Below, piece after piece: positions 20,137 through 29,157 of a stretch of DNA of 64,000 bases. The position numbers and the translations under genes are program-made. The first letter of the stretch is position 1; each line of letters opens with the position of its first letter. The DNA is taken from the sequence record OQ689734.1. The stretch is one strand, 5' to 3'. The stretch comes from Escherichia phage 4E8. Below the pieces are notes generated by a model. That model ran no database searches. It was given only the letters and a program-made list of their open reading frames with translations, and was not told where the DNA came from.

Positions 20137-20948
20137 GTTTTATCCAACCAAGTCCATTCGAATAAGTCACCTTCAGCTTGTCCAACGAATAGCAATCGAG
20201 CATTTTCTAACATCTTAGCTTCTGCTTCTTCCTCGAACCTCTTATAGTATTCCATTCGTATAATATGATAAAGAGTCCACTTATCGAATACCTTCTCAAT
20301 AAGTTTGATAGCAGCTTTGCTACCAATACCCTTACGACGCATAACTAAATTACCGCCCCACATCATTTCAACTTTCTCACCACACCCGGGGATGTTATCT
20401 GTACTATCCCCAATCAACATCTGATAGAAGAAGTTCTGCCATGCTACTTCCTCTGATACATAATGAGGGGGTACTTCTTTCTGTCGTTCACCACAAGCCC
20501 AGCGATAATGCCATCCGGGAGTGATTAACAAATCCTTATCACGAGTACAGATGATTGTGTTCTTTTCTATACGCTGTCGTTCAGCGAGTGCATCATCTGC
20601 TTCTCTGCCAAACACTTCAACATACTGGTAATGTTCTTTGATATAATCACTAACGTTCTGCCAGTGATGAGGTCTTTCTCCCGGTGGTCGATTAGCTTTA
20701 TAACCTTGCTGCTTAGCAATATCAAACCGAAAATTACCACCTTCGCTGAAATAGAAGACAGTTTTCTCACAACCTGACCTTGCAATGATTACGTCAATTT
20801 TGTGTTGAAGGCGTTCGATCAAGAATCCATAATCAACTGGAACACGACCTGTGTCTAGGAAAGGATGCTCTTGTGTAAGAGCACCAACCTCATACCGTAG
20901 AACATCTGCATCCACAATTGCTACTTCAGGATAGATTACATCAGACAT
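20130..20948 (-). CDS. 5'-3' exonuclease / flap endonuclease (PIN-53EXO)
   Basis: DADVLRY, GREADD, TRDKDL, IGDSTDNIPG acidic motifs; start placed at MSDVIY to avoid a 35-nt overlap. Confidence 0.75.
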   Translation of the reverse strand: MSDVIYPEVAIVDADVLRYEVGALTQEHPFLDTGRVPVDYGFLIERLQHKIDVIIARSGCEKTVFYFSEGGNFRFDIAKQQGYKANRPPGERPHHWQNVSDYIKEHYQYVEVFGREADDALAERQRIEKNTIICTRDKDLLITPGWHYRWACGERQKEVPPHYVSEEVAWQNFFYQMLIGDSTDNIPGCGEKVEMMWGGNLVMRRKGIGSKAAIKLIEKVFDKWTLYHIIRMEYYKRFEEEAEAKMLENARLLFVGQAEGDLFEWTWLDKTW

Positions 20949-21537
20949 AGAGATCTCTCCGTGTCCTTTCAACAATCCAATTTAAATAATCTACTGCATC
21001 TTCTACGGTAGAGTCGTTTACTAAATAGTATGTGTTTCTCTGACTGCCTTCGATGTAAGAACGAGAGTCTCCTTCAAATGAGCAGTCATCACGAAGAATC
21101 TGAACTACCTGAACATGGAAATGCTCTTCCAGTTCTGAAACCTCTGCTTTGAATCCACCGTCAGAGAAGACGATAACATCTTTCTGCCCTAACAACTGTT
21201 GCTTGATACTACTAACAGCCAACTTACCCATACAGGTATCACCAAACATTGGCTTCAAGTAGCTCTCACTAGTTGCAATCATCAAATCTCGAACTGACTT
21301 ACCGCCCCACTCAGGACGGCTTCGTTCTTTCCATTCTCGGTCGTTGTACAGCTCCATGAACCCATAAAGAGGGAGACCTAATGCAGCAGCAGCCACTCGA
21401 TACATAGGCTCCTTAAAAGCCTTTACATGCGGTCTAAACTCATCATTACCAGTGGTCTTCTCTAACCAAGCATTAGCGATTGTATCTTTACCACAACCCG
21501 GAGGTCCATTCAGAATTACTACTAATGGTTTACTCAT
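20941..21537 (-). CDS. P-loop nucleotide kinase (dNMP-kinase-like)
   Basis: Walker A ILNGPPGCGKDT; ~200 aa. Confidence 0.55.
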   Translation of the reverse strand: MSKPLVVILNGPPGCGKDTIANAWLEKTTGNDEFRPHVKAFKEPMYRVAAAALGLPLYGFMELYNDREWKERSRPEWGGKSVRDLMIATSESYLKPMFGDTCMGKLAVSSIKQQLLGQKDVIVFSDGGFKAEVSELEEHFHVQVVQILRDDCSFEGDSRSYIEGSQRNTYYLVNDSTVEDAVDYLNWIVERTRRDLYV

Positions 21538-22187
21538 TATTGAATCATCCCTTGAAGATCTTCTTTATCAAAGTGCTTCTCTACTACAGCTTCATACAGA
21601 TCACGATTCTCTGCATAACGGCGATAGAAGGTTCCGTGTGAAATTCCCAGCTCCTGCTGGATGTGATCATGTGGGATACCGAGAAAGAGCATTGAGAACA
21701 TGCTTGCCATCTTACGGTTTTCCATAATATCACTCAAGTCTTGGAAGAAGAAAAAGATTCTAGATTCCAAGAACGGGTCTCCAGTAGAATCATGCTTATC
21801 CATCGCAATCTCTAAAGGACTTTCCCATGAATTCATCTCAGGAGGTCTAAACATATCAGCCTCTGGAATAGAGTAGATACGTCGGTCTCCAACTGTCTGA
21901 CGATTAGAACGAATCGACCAGATGATATTCTTGACACGATAAGTCATGTGCTCAATATCTTTTTCATCAGTGAGCAGAAGTTCTTCTTGCTTTGCAAATA
22001 CAAAACGCCAAGCGTTCAGTAACACTTCCTGAGCAACATCCTCTGCCTCGTGATAATCTTTAATGTCATACATAAAATACTTATGCACAACTTTCCAGTT
22101 CTCTCGATAAAATTCATCGAAGGTTGGATAATACTTAATAGGAATGCCATGAATACGATAGCGTGTAGGTGTTGTCTTTTTCTTCAT
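21537..22187 (-). CDS. phage-encoded sigma factor (ECF-like regions 2 and 4)
   Basis: [17 protein letters not shown] resembles sigma region 2; C-terminal [16 protein letters not shown] resembles region 4 HTH. Confidence 0.65.
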   Translation of the reverse strand: MKKKTTPTRYRIHGIPIKYYPTFDEFYRENWKVVHKYFMYDIKDYHEAEDVAQEVLLNAWRFVFAKQEELLLTDEKDIEHMTYRVKNIIWSIRSNRQTVGDRRIYSIPEADMFRPPEMNSWESPLEIAMDKHDSTGDPFLESRIFFFFQDLSDIMENRKMASMFSMLFLGIPHDHIQQELGISHGTFYRRYAENRDLYEAVVEKHFDKEDLQGMIQ

Positions 22188-22211
22188 AAGTCATCCTTAA
22201 CTTACTTTACA

Positions 22212-22436
22212 TTAAACTACACAGAACAAATACATTGCTGTGTCAGGACAAGGGATGTGATCACTAGGTTGCCTAATTCTATCCCATTCATCATCTTCTG
22301 CTATATAATAAGCCCAATAAGACTCACCATCGTTGATGAAGAATTTGAATGTTCGTCCCCAAATCTGATTATTATGTTCCCATACTGCATGAAACTGAGT
22401 AACACCTTCTGGTATTGTAAGTTCCGCTCTGATCAT
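22212..22436 (-). CDS. hypothetical protein
   Basis: 74-aa ORF, stop overlaps start of downstream gene. Confidence 0.45.
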   Translation of the reverse strand: MIRAELTIPEGVTQFHAVWEHNNQIWGRTFKFFINDGESYWAYYIAEDDEWDRIRQPSDHIPCPDTAMYLFCVV

Positions 22437-22693
22437 TGTATCCCTCTCTCCTTGAGAGCTTTAAGCAAACCATTGTGGTTAGCGGCACAGGTTGTATAAT
22501 TATCCTGATACCACTCAAGTGTTGTTGCAAATGCCACTCCCTGTGCACTCTGAAGTAAAGGGAGGTCTACATCACACTCAGCTTTTAGGTTTGTTGGTAA
22601 GGGCACTAGCTGCCTGCTGTTGTCGCTCATTGAACAAGCTGACATACTCATCGCTAGCACACACATTGTAAAAAACTGGCTTAGTCTTTTCAT
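22433..22693 (-). CDS. o-spanin (outer-membrane lipoprotein, Rz1-like)
   Basis: signal peptide ending in lipobox-like AMSMSAC; Pro-rich; start embedded in 3' end of the i-spanin gene in another frame. Confidence 0.55.
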   Translation of the reverse strand: MKRLSQFFTMCVLAMSMSACSMSDNSRQLVPLPTNLKAECDVDLPLLQSAQGVAFATTLEWYQDNYTTCAANHNGLLKALKERGIQ

Positions 22694-22925
22694 AATGCAT
22701 CTCTTTGTAAACAGTTTCCGTGTTCTTCTTCCAGTTTGATAAACCAGTTAGAACTTTCTGAGCCACTTCATCAGCAGCCTTAGCTCTCTCAATCTCAATC
22801 TCTTGCTGTTTCTTCTCTTGGTCAAGAGCATTGCTGTCATTTCGATATTGCTCAAACTTGACACCACCAAAGAAAACCAGAGCTGTGAAGATTAAAAAAC
22901 CTATATTGTTTTGAAGCTTTTCCAT
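22578..22925 (-). CDS. i-spanin (Rz-like)
   Basis: N-terminal TM helix IGFLIFTALVFFGG then coiled coil; start at MEKLQ with GGAG RBS (longer track ORF would run into the terminator). Confidence 0.55.
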   Translation of the reverse strand: MEKLQNNIGFLIFTALVFFGGVKFEQYRNDSNALDQEKKQQEIEIERAKAADEVAQKVLTGLSNWKKNTETVYKEMHYEKTKPVFYNVCASDEYVSLFNERQQQAASALTNKPKS

Positions 22926-22934
22926 TTTAACTCC

Positions 22935-22961
22935 AACGAAAAAAGCCACCCGAAGGTGGCT
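22935..22961 (-). terminator. rho-independent terminator (minus strand)
   Basis: agccacc-ttcg-ggtggct hairpin followed by TTTTTTCG on minus strand, downstream of SSB gene. Confidence 0.6.
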
Positions 22962-22983
22962 AAGCTATTACAAGGAGAGATTC

Positions 22984-23724
22984 TTAGAATGGGCTATCAT
23001 CTTCTTCAAAGGTTGATTGCGGCTCTTCATTAATGGTAGGGATGCTTGGAGTAGCATCTTTCTGTTCAGTATCAGAAGCTTTAGTAACTTCACGACCAGC
23101 CAGAGGGATATTCTTAGCATCGTTAGCTTGAGTCAAGAGGTTACGTTGGAATGGGAAGATTGCTTGATAAGCAGCTAAGTTAGCATCAGTCTCAGCATAC
23201 GGTTCGAAGAAGATCAACTCACTACGAGGAGCACCTACCGCGTCACGATATTTAGTCGGGATTGGAGTGATGCTTTTAATGGAGTTTTTCTTCTCACCAG
23301 CTTTATTGGTGTAAGAGTTAACCAGAATGTTAACAGGCTGACCTAACAGCATATCTTTAAACCAACCCAAATCACCTTTCAGTGCTTGAACACTTGGGTC
23401 GATCATTTTAATCAGATTTAGAATACCAGAGTTCTTAGCTCGTGGGTTTACATCGAAAGATTTAAACTGGCAAGCAGGACGAGGGTCCAGAGATTTGCCT
23501 TCATTATCAGTCCCTGTTGCATCTACGCCAATCAGCTCAAAAGCTAAGTCCATACGGAAAGCTGGGTTCTTAGGGGTAACTGCTTTGGTCTTAGGGTCAA
23601 TCCAAGGGTCACGATTGTGAACACCTAAACCTACAACACGAACAATACGTGCTTCGTACTCACCATCAGGGATTACATCGTAGTTGGATTTACGGGATAC
23701 AGACAGTTCAGGGATCATAGACAT
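22984..23724 (-). CDS. single-stranded DNA-binding protein
   Basis: acidic C-terminal tail ending EEDDSPF (terminal Phe as in E. coli SSB DDDIPF and T7 gp2.5). Confidence 0.6.
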   Translation of the reverse strand: MSMIPELSVSRKSNYDVIPDGEYEARIVRVVGLGVHNRDPWIDPKTKAVTPKNPAFRMDLAFELIGVDATGTDNEGKSLDPRPACQFKSFDVNPRAKNSGILNLIKMIDPSVQALKGDLGWFKDMLLGQPVNILVNSYTNKAGEKKNSIKSITPIPTKYRDAVGAPRSELIFFEPYAETDANLAAYQAIFPFQRNLLTQANDAKNIPLAGREVTKASDTEQKDATPSIPTINEEPQSTFEEDDSPF

Positions 23725-23781
23725 ATTAATATTTCCTTATATAAATTTAAGATTGTTGCTCTCTTTGAGCGGTTTGTATAC

Positions 23782-23792
23782 TATATACATTA
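23782..23792 (-). promoter_or_regulatory. TAATGTATATA motif (minus strand)
   Basis: exact 11-mer read on minus strand in AT-rich ORF-free intergenic region. Confidence 0.35.
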
Positions 23793-23854
23793 CACTTATA
23801 CAGATAAGGTTCTATTATACTATAACCTTTTTGGTAGTAGATAATAACAAATAG

Positions 23855-23865
23855 TAATGTATATA
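23855..23865 (+). promoter_or_regulatory. TAATGTATATA motif (plus strand), divergent from the copy at 23782
   Basis: exact 11-mer; no + strand gene follows, so may drive an antisense or noncoding transcript. Confidence 0.3.
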
Positions 23866-24139
23866 TGGTATAGCTAGTAAAGCTATTGCAGGCTTGTATA
23901 TTGGGCAATTCATAGAATCCCTTGCAAGTACCGAAGGGCAGGAGCCACCTGCGAGATAAAAATAGAGAATTAAGGAATCCTTGATTTAGGTTGTAGGGAC
24001 TCCTAGGGACTTTGATTCTCTATTTAAAAGAATATTAATTACTTACTACCTAAATAATTAACTAACTTACTTAAACCAAATTCAAGAATAATAGATAAAA
24101 AGATTATTCCTAAGAAAGCTAAAAAGTAAAGGATATAAG

Positions 24140-24304
24140 TTACCATTCAAGTAAACCTTTAAAGTTAGTTTGTTCTACTATCCTCTGATAACGAAGATTA
24201 GAATCAGCTTGTTTCTTTAACATCTCATTATATTTATCTCTGATAGAGTCTTTATAAACTACAGGTTCTTTAAATAACGAGATCTTGTTCTTTTCTTCTT
24301 TCAT
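24140..24304 (-). CDS. hypothetical protein
   Basis: track ORF 24140-24388 overlaps phosphatase gene heavily; internal Met MKEEKNK reduces overlap. Confidence 0.35.
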   Translation of the reverse strand: MKEEKNKISLFKEPVVYKDSIRDKYNEMLKKQADSNLRYQRIVEQTNFKGLLEW

Positions 24305-24773
24305 CGAAAACCTTCCTAATCTCTTGCAGAGAAACAGCTTTATAATTAATTTGCTCCATTGATGTACAGAAATATCTCCAATCATCAATTACATGATTAT
24401 GGGTATGAGCATAAATATTAAACTTCCCTCTCATTTCATCAGTGTGAATAGGAATATGAGTTACCCAAAACTCTTTGTACTTATAATCACCACTGATGTG
24501 TCTAAAGACTTTCATCATATCAGGGAGAAGTTCTAATCTGTCATGATTTCCTAAGACAAGATGTTTCTCTCCTTTTACTTCAGCGATAATATCAAGTGCA
24601 TATTTCTCAAACACCCAATCACCTGTAAAGAAAGTTTTATCACGTTTAGTAACATGATCAAACGCTGCTAAGATAGCTTTGTCGTGTTCTTCAATACTAC
24701 TAAACTTCTTCCTAAAGTTACAGATGTTACGATGGCCTAGGTGACCATCACCTGCAAAATAAACTTCAGCCAT
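24270..24773 (-). CDS. metallophosphoesterase (calcineurin-like)
   Basis: GDGHLGH, TGDWVF, LGNHD, HTHNH metal-binding motifs. Confidence 0.7.
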   Translation of the reverse strand: MAEVYFAGDGHLGHRNICNFRKKFSSIEEHDKAILAAFDHVTKRDKTFFTGDWVFEKYALDIIAEVKGEKHLVLGNHDRLELLPDMMKVFRHISGDYKYKEFWVTHIPIHTDEMRGKFNIYAHTHNHVIDDWRYFCTSMEQINYKAVSLQEIRKVFDERRKEQDLVI

Positions 24774-24933
24774 TCTCGTATGTATCCTCATAATATGAGT
24801 AGTTGAAGGATTCAGCTTTCGTTTCAGCCTCCTCCATGTCGTCTGTTTCCAGAATCACTTTCCAGCCAGAACCATCAGGATACTCAGCTCCTTCGTCTAG
24901 CCAGACTTTATATCGTTTAGATAGTGCAACCAT
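24766..24933 (-). CDS. small acidic hypothetical protein (55 aa)
   Basis: sub-threshold ORF; stop TGA overlaps phosphatase start ATG. Confidence 0.3.
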   Translation of the reverse strand: MVALSKRYKVWLDEGAEYPDGSGWKVILETDDMEEAETKAESFNYSYYEDTYENG

Positions 24934-25120
24934 CGCAGATGTAATCTCCGCTTAGAGACTCTTGCAAGAGCCGGGATTGTTCATCTGATACTAACTTGTC
25001 AACCTCTTCTTTCAGAGCCATAAGGTCAACAAAGGTTAGTAGCTCGTGTCGGTCAGCAATCACTTGGTATTTGTAGTCATTAATATGTGGTGCGCTTTGT
25101 ACGACGTAAATATTAGACAT
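24917..25120 (-). CDS. hypothetical protein
   Basis: 67-aa ORF. Confidence 0.45.
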   Translation of the reverse strand: MSNIYVVQSAPHINDYKYQVIADRHELLTFVDLMALKEEVDKLVSDEQSRLLQESLSGDYICDGCTI

Positions 25121-25344
25121 TATAAGATCTCCCTTTGTTTAGCGTTAATGACTGACATTGCTGTGATTGGGTTGTTTGTTCCAAGATACTCTAGAACAGG
25201 TGGACTACTAACTGGTTTACCAGCCTCCACGTAATTCTTAACCTTTCCACCAAGAACTGCTAGAGAAGCCTGAGCTTCTGCTTCATCAGTATGAACTCGG
25301 TCAACTACTTTCTTTCCAATCTTATAAGTGTGAACCCAAATCAT
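25120..25344 (-). CDS. hypothetical protein
   Basis: 74-aa ORF, start/stop coupling with neighbours. Confidence 0.45.
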   Translation of the reverse strand: MIWVHTYKIGKKVVDRVHTDEAEAQASLAVLGGKVKNYVEAGKPVSSPPVLEYLGTNNPITAMSVINAKQREIL

Positions 25345-25493
25345 TTAACTTCCTCAATATCAACTAATTCAAAACTCCCTATTTCTTCACGCTGGATAAT
25401 CTCTTTAACCTTCTCAACAGCTTTAATAGGGTTCTCTTCTTCTACAACTTTACACCCCGATACGACGAGACTTCCTTGCCCACGGAGAAGCAT
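25341..25493 (-). CDS. small acidic hypothetical protein
   Basis: track ORF 25341-25577; internal Met start avoids overlap with small membrane ORF upstream. Confidence 0.35.
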   Translation of the reverse strand: MLLRGQGSLVVSGCKVVEEENPIKAVEKVKEIIQREEIGSFELVDIEEVK

Positions 25494-25522
25494 TCTTAAC
25501 TTATAAATCACTTTGTAATATT

Positions 25523-25702
25523 TCACCTTGATAAAACCCTTCCCCATTCCTTGATGTAACAGCGACCATCGACCCACTTGGTCTCTGATTTAAACTCTTG
25601 AGAGATTCTTGTTTCACAGTCTTCTTTGCTAGCATCCCCAAGAGCATCCATCACCCAAAGAAACAGAGCAATTACAATAGACCAGATTAGAAACTTCTTC
25701 AT
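25523..25702 (-). CDS. small membrane/secreted protein (59 aa)
   Basis: sub-threshold ORF MKKFLIWSIVIALFLWVMDALG...; ATGA overlap with stop of upstream gene. Confidence 0.4.
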   Translation of the reverse strand: MKKFLIWSIVIALFLWVMDALGDASKEDCETRISQEFKSETKWVDGRCYIKEWGRVLSR

Positions 25703-26091
25703 CGTATCACCAGAGGCTCTTCAGAGTACACAGGAGAGGCTATTTCTACCGGAGGTGCTGCTCTAAGGTCATTAAGCCTTACGCCCTTCAGCATACCATC
25801 TAGGTGGTCCATTTTAGGGATACCTACAGGGAAGTCATCAATCCAAACATCCACAAAGAAACCCAAGCTCTGAGTGACGGAATCCTTCTGAACACCATTG
25901 CAAAAGATAACAGGAATATCTAGACTTGCTGCATCTGCTAGAAGCTCCTCATTTGAATACCCATTAGGTTGAGCAAAACGATAGGTGACAATACGAACAT
26001 CATGTCCACGAGATTTCATAAGACCTACAATGTGGGTCCACATCTCTTTGTCCACTGTAAAAGTATCATCATAATCTAAACCAATATTCAT
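25699..26091 (-). CDS. small HAD-like phosphatase / nucleotidase (tentative)
   Basis: N-terminal DxDxT-type motif LDYDDT and later VWIDD. Confidence 0.45.
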   Translation of the reverse strand: MNIGLDYDDTFTVDKEMWTHIVGLMKSRGHDVRIVTYRFAQPNGYSNEELLADAASLDIPVIFCNGVQKDSVTQSLGFFVDVWIDDFPVGIPKMDHLDGMLKGVRLNDLRAAPPVEIASPVYSEEPLVIR

Positions 26092-26100
26092 ATTAGCCTC

Positions 26101-26130
26101 TTAGACAAGAAAAGCCACCCGAAGGTAGCT
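26101..26130 (-). terminator. rho-independent terminator (minus strand)
   Basis: agctacc-ttcg-ggtggct hairpin followed by TTTCTTGTCT on minus strand. Confidence 0.55.
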
Positions 26131-26375
26131 TATTTATCCTGTGTTTCCAGTTCGCTGATACGAACTTTCAAACCATTAATCTCAGCCTGAGCAGCTTCTA
26201 GTTTAATTAGAGCTTCTTCAGCGTCAGCTTCTGTTTGAAGAACCGCAGTGGTTAGTTCGTATAAAGCTTGGCGGAGAGAATCTTTGCCCATAGCATGAAT
26301 CTGTGCAACAAAGAATTGCTTACCTTCCGTGGTTTCCAAAGTCTCTTTTAATTCTTTAGATGTTAAAGTCATCAT
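26130..26375 (-). CDS. coiled-coil hypothetical protein
   Basis: 81-aa helical ORF. Confidence 0.5.
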   Translation of the reverse strand: MMTLTSKELKETLETTEGKQFFVAQIHAMGKDSLRQALYELTTAVLQTEADAEEALIKLEAAQAEINGLKVRISELETQDK

Positions 26376-26542
26376 TACTCCCTTTCATAAATTTTAAGAA
26401 CTGTACCGCCATCTGCTTCAATCTGAGCAACTACTTCATCGCGCTCTTCATCAGAATAAACCAGTTGGTTGTGAAATTTGCCTGTACTATCTTGGAAATA
26501 TACATTCCATTTTGGAGCAGGTTTACGAATCAAATCCATCAT
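26375..26542 (-). CDS. small hypothetical protein (55 aa)
   Basis: sub-threshold ORF with GAGGAG RBS; stop overlaps next start. Confidence 0.35.
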   Translation of the reverse strand: MMDLIRKPAPKWNVYFQDSTGKFHNQLVYSDEERDEVVAQIEADGGTVLKIYERE

Positions 26543-26673
26543 TGATCTTTCTCCTCTCGTTCAACCCATGTACGGAAAAGCTCCCCATACACTTTGGCAT
26601 CATCAAAACGTCCTTCTTCCTGTGCGAGTTTTTGTTGCTTCAAGCACCATTCAGAACTTTTTACTTCTTCCAC
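26539..26673 (-). CDS. small hypothetical protein (44 aa, GTG start)
   Basis: AAGGAG RBS 8 nt before GTG; TGA overlaps next ATG. Confidence 0.25.
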   Translation of the reverse strand: MEEVKSSEWCLKQQKLAQEEGRFDDAKVYGELFRTWVEREEKDQ

Positions 26674-26730
26674 TTCCTTGTCTCCTTAAAAAGAACTAAT
26701 CAATAAGACTAGTTCATTTCGTAATACGAT

Positions 26731-26922
26731 TCAGCTCTTCCACGGGAGGTTGATGGTTAAATTCTTAATGGAGAAATCTTTATCAGGAAACTCTTCCATT
26801 AACTCAGCCGCTTCTTGAATAGCTTTTCTTTCTGTGTTATAGATGCAGAAATGTCCATTACAGCAAACAATTGCATCTTTTGCTCCCGTAATGGCCCATG
26901 TTTCATGTACATGTCTAGTCAT
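26731..26922 (-). CDS. hypothetical protein
   Basis: 63-aa ORF immediately upstream of polymerase gene. Confidence 0.4.
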   Translation of the reverse strand: MTRHVHETWAITGAKDAIVCCNGHFCIYNTERKAIQEAAELMEEFPDKDFSIKNLTINLPWKS

Positions 26923-26939
26923 TATTCCTCCACTACAAA

Positions 26940-28787
26940 TTAGTGAGTGTGATTCCAGTTTAACCCAATCTTACAGTCAGATGCCAGAGGGCATTCCATT
27001 TTGAGATACTCACCTGCTTTACGAACACACTCTTCAGTGAGGGTACGAAGTTTGTTAACATCGTCACGATGTACAGTGAACTGGCCTTCATCATGCATGT
27101 CAATAACCTTCGCACAACGAACACCATCACGCTCAATCCATTTATTGAGGAATAGCATTGCATACTTCATAACAATCGCCCCAGCGCTCTGTAAGAGTGT
27201 ATTTAAGGCTTTATGGACCATAACCTTTCCAGTTGCATCTCTTCTCATTGTAATACGACGTCCATCCACACCGTAGATATATCCACTTTGTGCTTTCTCT
27301 GTCATACGTTCAATAAGGATTGCAATACAAGGATTCTCTGCTAAGAATCTTGCTCTCATGATAGCCCCTTCGTCAGAGCCTCCACCAACGATAGAACCGA
27401 GCTTAGCATCACCTGCACCATAGTTAAAGGCATATATAAACGTCTTAGCGTTATCACGAGTAGGAAGACCAGCAAGTTTTTGGTTATGTGAGTGAATGTC
27501 TCCTTCTAAAAGAATATCTCTGTACATAACAGCAGAAGCTAGACCGCGTTCAGCTTCTCGTTTCTTAGCTGGGTTGTTTTCTCGCTCTGCTTCAGCGAGC
27601 ATCTCACGACATTCTTTAATAAGGTAGTGAGCTAGCATCCTCAGCTCAAGACCAGAGCCATCGTAACCTAAGAAGATTTCACGACCAGCAGGTACATAGA
27701 ACTTATAGGCACCTACAGGTTTGTCTTTCTTGCCCGGTTTTCCCACTTCGTAGATAATGTTAGTACCTTTTCGTACGTAACACCCATCAGGGATATGGTT
27801 GGTAATGATGAAAGGATGGTTATGACTGTCGTCTGAGGAATAGTCAGATTGAAAAAGACTGCGGCACTCGTGACCAAACAAACCGCGAGAAGGAATATTA
27901 ACAACAATGCGATGTTTAAAACGAAATGTCGGAGTAGCGCAGCTATTAGCTTCGGCGGACAACTTACCATCTTTACGTTCCTTGTCGATAAGCCCGCTAA
28001 TCAAACCTAGCCTGTGAGCCGCTACAACACGTCTCTTAAGCAAGCTTCCTACACCCCCTAGCTCACCCCCAAGCCCCTCTTCAAGAGTCTCCTCAAGGTT
28101 TGTAGGGGCTGTGGGCCACTTGTTTGATGTAGCCAAAGCTTTTTTGATTTCATCAAAGGTTACAGGTTTCTTCCTATTCGGATTAAGACCTAAACCACTG
28201 ACGTAGGCTTTCATGTAGTTGACAGTGTGATAACGGAAATGTTTATCCAAAAATCTTCGGATATCAGCATCTATCATCTCCGCTATCTGTTTCTCTTTAG
28301 CATTACCTCGAATCCAAGCAGAATACCATGCAGAGTATGTACCATACTTCTTCATAGCTTTACGAATTTCAAAAGTATTCCAAGGTTTCTTAGAATAATT
28401 CCACTCTGGAGGTATAAAACCTTCATCCATCAAGGCTTCTTTAATACGTGCATCTTTTGATGGGTCAAAATCTACATACTCAACGCAAGTAAACGCCCCA
28501 CCGATATCTTCTCTTTTAAGACCAACCCTATCGCAATAGAGCTGAGGCCACTTCTGTAAAGCACCTGATTTCTTAAAAGGCTTAGCATAAGTTGAACCGT
28601 CCACCCGCATTTTGGGGAGGAGAGGAATCAGTTCTTTATCAATATTGACAATAATCTCTTTGAGAAGGTGAACAAACCACCGAGCGTTTCTTCTGTTGAA
28701 GTTGACTCCATGCTTCGCCTGTTTTGAGATTATATCAGCGACTGTCATCTCCGTTATGAAAGGTAACTTATCAGGGTTATCCATCAC
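26940..28787 (-). CDS. DNA polymerase, family A, polymerase domain only (no exonuclease domain)
   Basis: motif A YDGSGLELRMLAHY, motif B RDNAKTFIYAFNYGAGDAKLG, motif C VIDMHDEGQF. Confidence 0.9.
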   Translation of the reverse strand: MMDNPDKLPFITEMTVADIISKQAKHGVNFNRRNARWFVHLLKEIIVNIDKELIPLLPKMRVDGSTYAKPFKKSGALQKWPQLYCDRVGLKREDIGGAFTCVEYVDFDPSKDARIKEALMDEGFIPPEWNYSKKPWNTFEIRKAMKKYGTYSAWYSAWIRGNAKEKQIAEMIDADIRRFLDKHFRYHTVNYMKAYVSGLGLNPNRKKPVTFDEIKKALATSNKWPTAPTNLEETLEEGLGGELGGVGSLLKRRVVAAHRLGLISGLIDKERKDGKLSAEANSCATPTFRFKHRIVVNIPSRGLFGHECRSLFQSDYSSDDSHNHPFIITNHIPDGCYVRKGTNIIYEVGKPGKKDKPVGAYKFYVPAGREIFLGYDGSGLELRMLAHYLIKECREMLAEAERENNPAKKREAERGLASAVMYRDILLEGDIHSHNQKLAGLPTRDNAKTFIYAFNYGAGDAKLGSIVGGGSDEGAIMRARFLAENPCIAILIERMTEKAQSGYIYGVDGRRITMRRDATGKVMVHKALNTLLQSAGAIVMKYAMLFLNKWIERDGVRCAKVIDMHDEGQFTVHRDDVNKLRTLTEECVRKAGEYLKMECPLASDCKIGLNWNHTH

Positions 28788-28800
28788 CCACTCCTTATAA

Positions 28801-29154
28801 TTATTGGTATATTAAATCTGTGAATGCTTGGTTGTCTTCAACAATATCTAAAGCTTCATATGAATCAGCCAATTCATCCACATAAAAGACTGCTGGAACA
28901 TCTTCTGCTCGCTGTCTACGAGCTTCTCTCCGTTCGTTGCTGTTTCTCTGAACCTGTGCAAGTTTCATACCCCACACCTGCTCATATAACTCTGGATACT
29001 TGTCACTAACCACTACATAGTTTCGAGCTGGTTGGTTTCTATTAATCTTCGCTGTCAACTCAATAAACTGGCGAAACTCTTGAATAGAGAGGTTATCATG
29101 AATATTATCCCACTTGAGAACGCAGTGACGTTCTAGGCGTTGAGGTACTGGCAT
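28801..29154 (-). CDS. hypothetical protein
   Basis: 117-aa ORF. Confidence 0.5.
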   Translation of the reverse strand: MPVPQRLERHCVLKWDNIHDNLSIQEFRQFIELTAKINRNQPARNYVVVSDKYPELYEQVWGMKLAQVQRNSNERREARRQRAEDVPAVFYVDELADSYEALDIVEDNQAFTDLIYQ

Positions 29155-29157
29155 AAC

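Noticed and set aside
21452-22499. Plus-strand ORFs 21452-21727 and 22050-22499 opposite the kinase and sigma factor genes
   Set aside because: Antisense shadows; the minus-strand genes carry recognisable motifs.
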